The notes beneath the pieces were generated by a model. It was not told the DNA's origin, ran no database searches, and saw nothing but the letters and a program-made list of their open reading frames with translations. 64,000 nt of DNA from the human T2T-CHM13v2.0 reference genome, Homo sapiens, in assembly GCF_009914755.1 (NCBI RefSeq), contig NC_060939.1, one strand, 5' to 3'. Both the position numbers and the translations under genes were made by a program. Positions 46,337-62,821 of the stretch are shown piece by piece. Position 1 is the stretch's first letter. Every line of letters starts with the position of its first letter.

Positions 46337-49300
46337 ACCCCGGAGTTCATCATCTCGGAGCTGCTGGCCAATATGTACTCATGTGGGAACCAGAACACAC
46401 TGATGGAGGAGTTGGCAGAGCAGGCACAGCAGCACGACGAGATGCTGCACATGCACCACGCGCTGAAGGAGGCGCTCAGCATCATCGGTGACATCAACAG
46501 GACCACTGTCACCATGCCCATGCCCCCGCCCGTGGACGACACCTGGTTGTCAGAGCATCCCTGACGAACACAGGTACCAAAGACTGCCCCCCACGGCCCC
46601 AAAATCCCCCACCCGGGATGCCCAGAGGAGTGCCCTGGGGGCAAGTGGCACACCCCCTCACCGGGGTGGCTCCCACCTGGAGTGACGGGGGGAGCTTGAC
46701 AAGGAGCACTGGCTGCGGGGGGGGGGGGGGGTGTGGAGCTGGGATGTTCTCGCTGCTGGGGGCGGGGCTTAAGCTCTGGCAACTGCCTTGGGGTGTGGCC
46801 GGCACTGCGCTGGGGCGGGGTCGCCCATCTCTCCCCTCCCTGTGCCTCCCAGGTCGCCCAAGTCCAGCGTCAGGATGCCCAGGCCCTGCCATGTCCCTAG
46901 CCCGGCCTGGGTGGCAGGGCCCAGCTCCTGGGCGGCAGGACCCAGCTCCTGGGCTTCCTCCTGCCGGGTCCGCCCTTGGGGAAGCGTGCCCCATACCCTC
47001 CAGGCCAGAGGCTTCCCCTGATCCCTTTGGGCCCTACCCCCCTGGTGCTCTCGTGCCCCAGCCGGGGTCCCCAGGTAAGTAGGGGCTGAATGCGGCTGAA
47101 GAGGCCGCTGGACAGGCGTGGCCAGGAAGGAAATGGGACTGGATTCCAGAGCACCACATCTGGCCGCCAGAACTGGCCGTCTCCATCCAAGGCACTGGGA
47201 CCATGGGTGCCGGAGCCACGTGTGGCCGAGGGCTGGCAGAGCCTGCCCCCCAGGGATCACTGAGTCCTGGAGGTGGTCGTTTTTGAGGAGGGGGCTGTGG
47301 GGCTCGTCCCACCTGCCGCCTTCTGTCCAGCACTTGCATGACACTTCCCTCTATTTTCACTCTTGGCGGCTGCCCACACTTTGCATTTCTCTTCCTTTCT
47401 TCTCGCTGTCCTCCATCCTCCATTCCGTCCAACTCCTAGCCCAGTCCCGGGGGCGCCTACTTCAGGTCTGAGAGTCTGAACTCCGAGATGCTCTGGGTGT
47501 GTGGATTTCCTTCAGCTACCCTGATGTCCCCACTTCCAAGTCCTGACTCCTTTGAGCCATCCCAGGGGGTGTCCGGCCACTGGACCACAGGAGCAGAGGC
47601 GAGTCTGTGACTGTGTGACCAGCAAGGTGTGTGATGTGTGCGTGAGCGAGCACACGAGTGTAAAGAATGGCACCCAGACCTGAGCTAGGACAGAGGGAGC
47701 CTGGGGGCCACAGGCAAGCTCATTTCTTCTCCACACCCCTCCCCGCCCGACCCTGTCTAAACTAATGGGGTAGTGGTAGCCGCGAGGGCAGGGATGGGAG
47801 TGGCTGAAGCCTACTTCACTCCCAAAGATTTCTAAGGAAAATGGTTCTACTGCATCCTTTGGCTGGGCCTTGTTGACCCGTGACCCTCTTTCAAGAACAT
47901 TCACTCTGATTTCCAGTGTGCCGTCTCCACTGGCCACGTTCTCTAAGGAAGAACAATAGCATCTGTTTTTGTTTCCAAATGGCTGGAGAGTGGGGCTGTG
48001 GGACCAGCGCCCATATATAAAAATGAAGCAGGGATTGGGGCTTGCCCTGTGATGTGCTGTTGACCAAGTTAGAGGGGTATAGGCAAGCAGCAAAGTATTG
48101 GGCAAGATCACTGGACTGGGAGTCCAGAGATGCTGCTTCACCCTGGGGCTTTAGGCAAGTCCCTTTCCCTCCCAGAGCCTCAGCATCCCTTTTAGCAAAT
48201 TATGACATTCTGCCTTTCTCCTAGGATGGCTGTGGGGATCAAGGGAGACAGTGGCCATAGGGATGCTATGTTAACCGCAGATGCGGCTGTAGGAGCACTT
48301 TGCTAACTGCCAACGTGAGTTCAGACTCTTCAGGCTATTTGGCACCCAGGTCTATGGTGAGGTGTGACATATGGGATGTAAAGTTTGATGCCTGCTCTGA
48401 CTCCAGTCTTGCTAACACACACACGAAACCTTTGGCAAATCATGACCCTGCCTTGGGGAAAAGGGCAGTCTGGGAGAGCTTCTTCAAGGCAGCCTGGCTT
48501 CAATGCAGTCCGGGGCATGACTGAGATAGGCATACGTTGTGAGGAACTGGAGGGTAACTGGGTAAAGAGCTGCAGTGTGGGCAGAGGTGTAGTGTGGGTC
48601 ACATTGAGGATAGCCACTGGCCAAAGCAGGGAACAGAGACAGAATGAGGAAGAGCTCTGTGGGGAGGGTGGGGCACAGGGTGGAGAACCTTCAAAGTCCA
48701 AAGAGTATGACTTGTTGGGATTCAACGCTGTAGGCAGTAGGGAGCCATGGAAGGCTCTTAGGTGGAGAAATGACAGCCGGACATTAGTGAGCAAGCCCTG
48801 TCTCCCTGAGCAGGATGGGTGGTCCTCTGAGCACGCCAGGCACGAGTGTGCAGGGAGCTGGTGCAAATGCCTCTGTGTGCAGGTGAGCATCTGTGTTGTG
48901 ACTCTGCCCACGCATGTGCTTCAGTGTGCCGAGTGGCTGCACGCCCCAGATCCATGCGGCACGTGCCGGCTGGTGAGGGTGTTGGGCACCGGGAGGTGGC
49001 GGAGAGGGCGACGTATGCGTGTTGTTTGTGGGCATGTGTTAGAGTGTGCATGCGGGCCGTGGGGCCTCACAGCATGTGTGTGCACAATCTGGCGTGTGCG
49101 TGTGTCCGCCACCCCCAGGCCTGCCCCACCCATGCATGGGACCTGCCATGTGATTTGATGCTGTCTTTCAGAATCACTATCAGTGGCCCCTGAGGAGCAT
49201 CAGCCATGGTAGGTACATGCCTCACTGCCTGCTGCATGAATGGTCTGCCCGCCCCGCTGCCCCAGCTCCACACAGGGGGCATACCTGGAGCCTCAGAGCC

Positions 49301-50605
49301 AGGCTGCCTGCCCCTCCCTTCTAGAGCTGCAGACTTGCTCTTTCCTCTTTCTGTCCTTGTGCTGCTGGCTGTCTCACTTCCCTCCCTGCCAGCCACAGGA
49401 CTCAGTGCCACTGCTCAAGGTCTCCATGGCTGAGCCTGGGGGCTCTTACAACAGGCTCCATGCCGAAGGTGGCAGATGTGGAACCATCAGAGAGGGCACA
49501 GAGCTCATGGTTTATGGTGTAGGGGCTGGGAGCTTGGAGGGGGTTGTGTGGGGGGCTGGACTCAGGCGGCCAGAGGCCTGGGCACATCATCCTGGGCACG
49601 CCGTACCTGTCATGCAGTCTGAGTCATGCTGCCAGGGCAGGTATCCAGCTCCCAGCCTGGGAGTGCCGAGAGCCAAATCCACTGCAGATTAGGGGTGATA
49701 GTCACGGTCCCACGTCCTCTATCTGTCAGCAATCCAGTGGTGATCTAGGATAAAAGCCTGAGAGTCCTATACACACGGTTATCCCACAACACACTTCATA
49801 GGCCATGCAAGGACACACAGCCCCCTTCCCTCCCTCCCAGGTACCATCACAGCTGCTAGCATGTGACTGAAGGCTGGGTCCCTGGCCAGCACTACTGAAG
49901 CACTACTGCCAGCCAGCAGGCTCACGGACCTTGGCCTGTTGCTCCTAGGGGTCACCTGTGCTATTCAGCCAAGGAGACCACAGTGCTTGCTGGCCCAGCT
50001 GAGCTCCGCCTAGCGAGCCCACCTGCCTTTCCTGCCACGGAGTCTCCCTCTTCTGCTTTTCCCAGCAGGAAGGGCCCAGCCTCACCTATGCAACCTGCAG
50101 CCCCCCGCCAACCAGTTGAGGTTCCCCTCTTAGACTTATAAGTCTATGGGCAGTGGCATCTAGCTACCTGCCCTCCCTGCCTTCCCCAGGGTCCCTTCAG
50201 TGGACCCTGGGCTTTCTGACTGCCCAGAGAGGGGCCTCTGGCGCTCACTCCAGCCAGCCATCCCTTACAGCTTCACCATTTTGGTTCAAGCAGTGTTCCT
50301 TCTGTCAGGCTTGGTGGCTGTTGGGTGGGGCTCCCCAAGCAAGAGGTGGCCCTGGGCCAGTGGGTTGGAAGATGGGGTGACCACAGAAGAGGGAAGCCGG
50401 GGGAGTTGAGCATTGGTCTGAACTGTGGGTGGACTGCCTGGGTGCCATGAGAGAGGCCAGTGTGTGTGGGGTGGGGAGGACTGCCACAGCCCCCAGGCAC
50501 TACCTATGAAGCTCCGGCTTCTCCCTCCATCTTCCTCCCCTTTCCCTTCCAGCCCCTCTTTTCCAGGAACCTTGCCACGCCCACACCTACGCCTTCCCCT
50601 TCCCG
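46337..50605 (+). pseudogene. DNM1P: DNM1 pseudogene: GED exon 46337-46573, PRD exon 46853-47074, 37-nt alternative exon 49172-49208; terminal exon deleted
   Basis: [65 protein letters not shown] (dynamin GED); [21 protein letters not shown] (PRD); canonical splice sites. Confidence 0.92.
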
Positions 50606-50609
50606 GCTC

Positions 50610-52055
50610 TCAGATGATGGTGGTGTTTATCTCCCTGTTCTTGGGAGCCCAAAAAGAATGGCATGCAGGGGTTGCTGCCCATGCCTGGGTGCTCCTGGGG
50701 AGTCCTGCATTACAGGAAGCAGCTGCTGGATCTGCTGTGCAGTGGGGTTGTCGTGGGGAGAACCCTCCCTGTCCTCTCCTGGTGCAGCCTCCACGCTATC
50801 AGTGAGGCTCACCTCACAAAGATCTTCAGAGAGAGGGAGGGGGGGTGGGAATCTGAGCACAGTGTGAGCCTCCCCTGCTCCTGCCTGCCCACCCCGCCTG
50901 AGGGCTCTACTCACCACCCTGCTCGTCAGCACACCCAAGCTCCTGGGCTATTGGGGCTCCTAGAGTGGGCTCATCAGCAGGGTTCTGGGCAATGGTCAGA
51001 ATTTGCCATGCCCCTCCTTGTGGTCTCCCACAAGCTGCAACACCTGCCCCGCAGCTCCTGCAGGTTCACCTGGAGGAAGGGGTGTTAGCTGCCATGCCGG
51101 TGCCAGCACGCACGTTCACACCCACCCCCACCCTCCCCCACCGAGATGTTGCACACCCTACCTTCATCTCCTCCTGGTCCTGGGCCAGCCTGACGATGTC
51201 CTCCTCTCCCAGTGCTGCGTCTCTGACACTGCCCCCTGGCTGATGTACTTTCCTGCAGGAGGACATGGCTCAGATGCTGGGGCCCCTCGGACGGCCTGGC
51301 AGCTCCCCCCAGCGGTGCCCTAGCCTCTCACTCCCTATGGTGTCTGTCTGTCCTGAGAGGTGGATGAATTGAAGCTCTAGTTTCTCTACCCGCTCCTTCA
51401 GGTCCACCTTCTCCTTCCATAAAGTCGCTGTGGAGCCAAAATAATGGGGTCACATGTCAGGAGTCACCTGCCTTGTCCTGCCCCCCCGCCCCCCTTGTTG
51501 GCCCATGCCAGGACCTACTCACCTGCAGCTTCTCCATGGCCCCCTGCAGGGCCCGGTGGGTCTCCCCAAACACAGACTCACCCCCACTCTCTGGGGCTGG
51601 GGCCGCTACCTCTGGCTTTTTCTGGGACGAGGCCACTGGGTGAGCCAGGGGCTGGCAGCACACCCTTTGTTCCTCCTGGGCATTGGCTCCAGCGGAGTTG
51701 AAAAATGCCACCTGAAGACAAGAGGTGAGTATTCTTGTAGGGGTATACACATAACAACTGGGGCAGGCAGATGGAGCATAGCCCCTTCCTTTCGGGCCTC
51801 ACAGAGTGCACCTGTTGGTCACAGGTGAAATGGTGTCTGACCACTGGCTCCCAGAAGCAGAGAAAGTCCACAGAAGTCAGAAGGCGGGGAAACCAAGAAC
51901 ATAAGGGGGTTTCGGAGGGACCACAGAGGAAGGTGGCAAAGTAGGGGCAGGGAAAGTCAGGCTCACCATGGCCTCCCGGCTCTCCAGGTCCCCTGGGATG
52001 TTCGGCATGGGCCGAAGCGCCTCCTGCTCACTGTCCAGATGTCCTCCTCCATCTC
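50610..52055 (-). pseudogene. GOLGA2P: GOLGA2-type golgin pseudogene, last six exons (51967-52055, 51523-51711, ~51335-51427, 51162-51252, 50915-51069, 50610-50823)
   Basis: VAFFNSAG..HRALQGAMEKLQ, EEDIVRLAQDQEEMK, DLCEVSLTDSVEAAPGEDREGSPHDNPTAQQIQQLL (GM130 C-terminal domain); frameshifts and one broken donor; probably GOLGA2P10 (recalled). Confidence 0.9.
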
Positions 52056-52195
52056 CTGTGGGGGGTGGCCAGAGGGGTCCTCAGACAACCCAACAAGGGA
52101 GGTACAGTGGGCCCGCCTCTGCCCCCACACTCACTGTGTAACCTTGAGCCAGCCCCTCCCCAGAGGGGAATGAGCTGTTCTTTATTTTGAATTTT

Positions 52196-52374
52196 AAGAA
52201 CCAAGATCTTGCTATATTGCCCAGGCACAGTCCCACTACCGATTGGTGCAGGAATTCTGACCTGCTCCCTTTCTGACCTGGGCCAGTTCTCCCATCCTTA
52301 GGCAAGCCGATGACCTGTTCCCAGGAGGTCACCATACTGATACTGAACTTAGTGCGGACACCTTGTCGGCATAA
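52196..52374 (-). pseudogene. RN7SL-P: 7SL (SRP) RNA pseudogene, 5'-truncated
   Basis: Contains the S-domain absent from Alus: gacctgctcc..tttctgacctgggcc..ccttaggcaa..ggaggtcaccata..gaacttagtgcggacacc; T-rich tail on + at ~52180. Confidence 0.88.
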
Positions 52375-52569
52375 TGACCGACACAAAATGCTTAAAAGGT
52401 AACCTGACTCTTTGTTCAGGGCTCAGTCCTTTAGATGTTAATCTGACTGGGCCGGTGCACCTAAATAATATATATCCTCCTCAGTCTCTCTGATTCCTAA
52501 ATTATGCTGCTGTACGGGGAGAGAGGCAGCAGGGTAGTGGAGTCATACCAAGCAACAAGACAGGGTAGT

Positions 52570-52870
52570 GGCCAGGCATGGTGGCTCACACCTGTAATCC
52601 CAGCAATTTGGGAGGCCAAGGCGGGTGGATCACCTGAGGTCAGGAGTTCGAGACCAGCCTGGCCAACATGATGAAACCCCATCTCTACTAAAAACACAAA
52701 AATTAGCTGGGCATGGTGGCAGGTGCCTGTAATCCCAGCTACTCAGGAGGCTGAGGCAGGAGAATTGCTTGAACCCAGGAGATGGAAGTTGCAGTAAGCC
52801 AAGATTGTGCCATTGCACTCCAGCCAGGGGGACAAGAGGGAGACTTCACCTCGAAAGACAGACAGACAGG
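52570..52870 (+). mobile_element. Alu (AluS-like)
   Basis: Full forward Alu. Confidence 0.92.
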
Positions 52871-54313
52871 CTAGTACGTTTTCCACAAATTTCAATTTTA
52901 CTCTCTTCCCCCACCACACACACACACACAAAGCATTTGAGGGATGGGAGGAAGAAACTGAGATCACAGGGAAAATTGTAAGAGACATTCAGAAGGACAG
53001 GTCTTAGAAATTTACTAGTTTGGGGGGGAGGTCAGAACAGGTGTATATAAAAGAATATTAAGACAGTTCCCAGGTTTAGGCATATGTGACTAGATAGAGT
53101 GCTAGGAGATGGATACGTGAAAATTTAAATATCATCATTTTGAACACCCATGTCACTCCAAGTGAGATTCCCTAAATATATGATATACAGACAGATATAT
53201 GGGTTTGAAACTCTGGAGATGAATACAAATTTAGGAGTCCCTGGAACACAGGTCATGACTTAAGTAATGGGAGTCAAAGATTACTCAGAGAAAGCACAGA
53301 ATGAGAAGAGAAGAAGTAGGACAAGGAAGAAGAGATCGGAGGAGACCAAGAAAGGGTGATAAGATCAAAACAGGAGAAAAGAATCCGACAGAAGTCTCAT
53401 TTGATTATCATGTCCCTTCCCAGAGGACAGGGACATGTCTTTTTTGTCTTTTATACCCAATTATCACAGGTCCTGGTGCAGCAGACACACAGTTTTTTTT
53501 TTTTTTAATTGTGTTGTACTATTCACAGTTTCCTGTATTCACCAGGGGAGAAAAAAGTAAGTATAAAGAAGCACAGACACAGATGTTTTTACACTGTGTA
53601 CTAAAGGGGTCAGATTATACACAATATTTTATGCCTTACTTTTTTACTTAATATATCTTAGAAGTTTGCACGTGCTCTTATGGAAAGACTGGCTGCATTT
53701 TTTGGTCCACAACAGAACAACAGAATATTATAAAACGGTACACTATAATTTTTATTTAACCAACTCTTTATTGGTGGACATTAAGAATGGAGGAATGTTT
53801 CAACAAAGGAACAATCAACAGTATCAAAATACTGCAGAGGGGTCAATTTGGGGACTAAGAGGGGAGCCACTGGATTTGACAACTAGGAGATAAATTTTAG
53901 TGCAACGATGAAGGCAGAATCCAGAGTATAATGAGCTCAGTGAAAAAAGGTGAAGACATGTAGCTTATTCTCTCAAGAAACTAGGCTATGATAAACTGGC
54001 AGAGGCTCTAAGAGTGGGAGGTGAGTTGTTTTCTCCTTCATGTAAATATATTTACCTTTTAAACACTAGGCCCAATTTTATATCCTATTTCATTTAACTT
54101 TATGAACATATTTATGTATGTATGCATGTATGTATGTATCTCATGTGGTGTTTTAGACACTGAAAAATAACTCATTTCTATTATAAAACTGATATCTTTA
54201 GATGTTCAGAAGCAACTTCCTAAAAGGAGGTAGCAGTAATGGAGCTATGTCTATCATTCTTTCCCATCAACCCCCTTGATGGAGATGTAAACATGTGTCC
54301 ATCAAGCCTTTAA

Positions 54314-54541
<228 letters not shown>

Positions 54542-55061
54542 TAACTCTTAAAATATCTTCAAACCAATATTCTTCTGTTCTAATTTTTAAGAATAGATGT
54601 GTTTAAACCAACTAACTTATTTTGACAAAAATTGGAGTTAAGACTCAGACTTCCTCAAATAGTTCTCCTAAAACCATTTACAGAATAATCTATCTTTTCA
54701 GTATTAAGTTAAAATACCACCTTTTCCTTATACTAAATTCTCGTTTGCATGACTCTGGTTCTAAACTTCCATTGCCTTTATCTGTCTGGCCCAGGGATAG
54801 TCCACAATATTTTATTTACTATCTGGTTGAAAGAGTCTATACTTTATTAATTTTTATTACTTATTCTTCTAAACAAATTTTAGAGTCGTTTTGTCAAGTG
54901 TCAAAAATAAATCTGCCAGAATTTGTACTGAAATTTGTGTGTGTGTGTGTATATATATAATACACACACACTATATATAAAATATAAAATGTATATATAC
55001 AATTTATATATATAAATATTTATAAAATATGAAATATATATATATACACACACACTTTTCT

Positions 55062-55342
<281 letters not shown>

Positions 55343-55684
55343 TGATAACTAACATATTTATAACATGAAATCTGCTCATCCAGGAACATAGAATGCAAAT
55401 CTTTCATTCCACTCAGCAAAATTTTGTCCTGTCCTTGATAAAAGTCCTGCACATCTAAGTTTATTCCTAGGTATTTAATTTTTGCTGAAATACCTGAAAA
55501 AATACTTCATCACTATATCTTCTATGTGATTATAGCTAACATTGGGGAAGGCTATTGATTTTTATATAAAAGAACTTTTAACCAGTAATCTTAAAAATTG
55601 TTTTTTCTCAGTTGGTTCCTTTGGATATTTTTAGGTAAACAATCATGTCAACTGAAAATAATGATTATTTTTCTATAAAGACTA

Positions 55685-59642
<3,958 letters not shown>

Positions 59643-59944
59643 GGCAGTGACTATCTCCATTCAACTCAATTCCCTAACCCTAAACTAGCTGACATTTATC
59701 AAATACTGCCCTTTACCAGGTCTAAGTAAGTTTAACTCCCCCCACCCCCACCAAAAAAAAATCAAGATACTAAGGGATATACTATTCACAAAAGGGAAAC
59801 CTGTCTCCTCTTCATATACCTGTTCCTTTCAAGGAAGGGTATAAAAATGGGGATGAGGGAGGATAACCACTAGGAATTTGACCCTATATTATAAATTGGT
59901 CAGATAAATGAAAATAATTCCTCTGGACTCAAAGTGATATGGCT

Positions 59945-60392
59945 CTGAAAATGGGAGAAACATCGGGGTCCTTTGTCTCACGCCAGTTAAACGACATGGA
60001 CACACAGGAGTGGTTTTAAGGAACAGAAAGTTTAATAGGCAAGAAAGAAGAAAGGCTCCCTGCGGTACAGAAAAAGGGGGGTCTGAACAGAGAAAAAGCC
60101 CCGTGTGTGGCAGAACAGTACTCGGTTATATTGGGAGGCTGGAGGAGGTGGTGTCTGATTTGCACAGGGCCCAGGGCATTGGTTTGACCAGGCAGGTCAT
60201 TCATGTAGCCCGAGAAAAACGTGGCCCTCCCACCCTAGCCTTTTAATATGCAAATGTAGGTCACCATGTTGTCCTGCACACATGGGGTCATCTGGAGGTG
60301 TCACCTTGAGGTGGTGACTAGAAGAAGAGGGTGGGAATCTCCATGTTGAATGGACACAGTTTCTAAGCGCTGGCATTTGCATATCAAAGCTT
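59945..60392 (-). mobile_element. ERV1-class LTR fragment (MER61-like, family uncertain), followed by an Alu right arm ~60395-60555
   Basis: Motifs ggtgtctgatttgcacagggcccagg, ggtttgaccagg and ccaccctagccttttaatatgcaaat resemble ERV1 LTRs. Confidence 0.55.
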
Positions 60393-60417
60393 GGCAGCCT
60401 GTAGTCCCAGCTACTCA

Positions 60418-60621
<204 letters not shown>

Positions 60622-61209
60622 CTAGTATAATTTCTGAATAACTCCTCTATTAAAAGTACCACTGAGGTGCTTAATATGACATTTCTGATATTTCCCAATG
60701 CTCCTCCACAAATTCAATTTGGAAAGGTAATCTGTTCCAGGAGGGCAAACCAAAGAAAAAGTCCTAGGCTCCTGAGTCAAGGCTTGTTTCTTTCCTTTGT
60801 ACAAGCTGACTACTTTTTAATCATAGTAAAAATGAGAAAAATGCAAGATGAAGTTAACAGCATTGCTTTATTTCCCATGAAAAGCTGTTATAAAGCATTC
60901 TCAAAATAAACTGTTATTCAGCCACAAATGACACCATCACTTTTTTATTCATAGGGCACAGTATCGCTGCCAAAGAGCTTTCCTCTATATGCTCTCTTGC
61001 AGGGCAAAAAATATTATCTATGTTATACAGAAACACAGTAAAAAAAGTGATTTACTTAAGGTCCTAACTACTAAATAAAAGCTAAACTACTCACTTCCTC
61101 CTAGATTCAGAGAGAGCTCCAACATTTTCTAAAATGTGGTATCTTGTTGTTGGGGTAGGCACTTTTTGGCAATAATGAATAGACATTTAATTAGCCAATC
61201 AAAAAAACT

Positions 61210-61992
61210 TATTAGGTACAGTAAGTTCCTCTTCAAAGGTTTAACCTGTTCAACTTCCTTGTTCTTTGTTCCTAAGAACAATTTCCCTGTACCTTCTCAC
61301 CCCTATTTACCTGCTTAGTTATCTGCTCAGTTACCTGCCTTGTAAACAACTCTTCCCGTCAGTCCCAACCTGTAACTCACATTCCCTCTCCCTTCCTTAT
61401 TAGGGAGAATATTCGCGATAGCAAATCAAGTCTGCTTAGATTGTGTAGTCCGACTCCAGCCCATGTGGAAATGACAGAGAGGTAGGGACTGCGTTAGGGA
61501 TATAAACTCCTGCTCTATCCTGCTCGGTGTGCTCTTGCATTCGTGACTAATGCAAACAGCAGTCTTTTGCAGAAGTAAGTTGTCTTGCTGAGAAAACTTT
61601 TTTTCCTGAGTGCTGGTTCTTCCTTGCAGCACTGATCATTTGTTTCTTTTTTCTTTCTTTTTTTTTTTTTTTTTTTTTTTTGAGACAGAGTTTCGCTCTG
61701 TTGCCCAGGGTGGAGCACAGTGGCTTGATCTCAGCTCACTGCAAGCTCCACCTCCCAGGTTCACGCCATTCTCCTGCCTCAGCCTCCTGAGTAGCTGGGA
61801 CTACAGGCACCCACCATTGCGCCCAGCTAATTTTTTTGTGTTTTTTTTTTTTTTTAGTAGAGACGGCATTTCACCATGTTAGCCAGGATGGTCTCGATCT
61901 CCTGACTTCATGATCCGCCCACCTCGGCCTCCCAAAGTGCTGGGATTACAGGGGCGAGCCACTGTGCCCAGCCTGATCATTTGTTTCTAACA
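61210..61992 (+). mobile_element. 5' LTR (LTR10-like) with an AluY-like insertion (61648-61973, -)
   Basis: Starts tattaggtacagtaagttcctcttcaaagg, TATA-like gatataaa ~61499, ends ...ctaaca; 15-bp TSD tgatcatttgtttct at 61633-61647 and 61974-61988. Confidence 0.8.
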
Positions 61993-61995
61993 ATC

Positions 61996-62013
61996 TGGGG
62001 GCTCGTCTGGAAT
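61996..62013 (+). other. Retroviral primer-binding site, tRNA-Pro type
   Basis: tgggggctcgtctggaat versus canonical TGGGGGCTCGTCCGGGAT (2 mismatches), 3 nt after the LTR end. Confidence 0.85.
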
Positions 62014-62529
62014 TCCCATTCTCCTCTGAGAAAAGGGTCTCCAGTCACCAATAGTGAGGAGAAGCATCCCACTGCCTCACTGAGGTGGCCTCATGGTGAG
62101 GGATCAGGACCCACCCAGTGTGATGAATAAACCCGGACTCTCAGCAGTCTGGAAAGGAACAGACCAACAACTTAAGAGAAAAGGATCCTCACATACCATG
62201 GTGACCAGGTAACTATGTGCACAGACCAACGTAAGAAACATCACAAGAGCGACAAAGTATTTTCTTGGTGGTTGGGATATCTTGGAGATTGAAAGTGTGT
62301 GTTGAGACTCACAATTGAGTGCAAAGCAAGTGTTCAGTCCAGATCTGCAGTTCTGTGGTCACCTTATACAGCTTAAGGTAGCCCTTCTGTAAAGGAGTCT
62401 GGGTCAGGGGTTTCTACTGAAACAGCCATTGCTAAGAGGAAACCAACGTTCCCATGAGGGAAGCAGCCAGAGAAGGATGAAGCGAAAGGAGAAAAGTGCA
62501 AGAAACCTCCAGCAGGGGGGTTGAGCCTC

Positions 62530-62716
62530 GGAAAGGAAAGGGAAAGGAAAGGGAAAGGGAAAGGGAAAGGAAAGGAAAGGGAAAGGAAAGGAAAGGAAAG
62601 GGAAAGGAAAGGAAAGGGAAAGGAAAGGAAAGGGAAAGGGAAGGGAAAGGGAAGGGAAAGAGAAGGGAAAGGAAAGGGAAGGGAAGGGAAGGGAAGGGAA
62701 GGGAAGGAAAGGAAAG
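62530..62716. repeat. Polypurine (GGAAA/GGGAAA/GGGAA)n tract in the ERV leader
   Basis: ~187 nt pure A/G. Confidence 0.95.
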
Positions 62717-62821
62717 GTGAGAAATCTCCAGTAGGAGAGGTTGAGCCTTATACAAACCTCTCGTAACTGGGAAGAAATTTCTAGTAGGGGAAATTGAGCC
62801 TCACCCCAATCCCTTTTCAAG

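Noticed and set aside
46717-46731. G15 run / G-quadruplex
   Set aside because: Single intronic homopolymer with no further evidence of function
46337-50605. Dynamin-intronic microRNAs (miR-199 type)
   Set aside because: No matching hairpin recognised; the host intron is not part of this fragment
52196-52374. Functional SRP RNA gene
   Set aside because: 5' Alu domain missing, internal deletion and many substitutions
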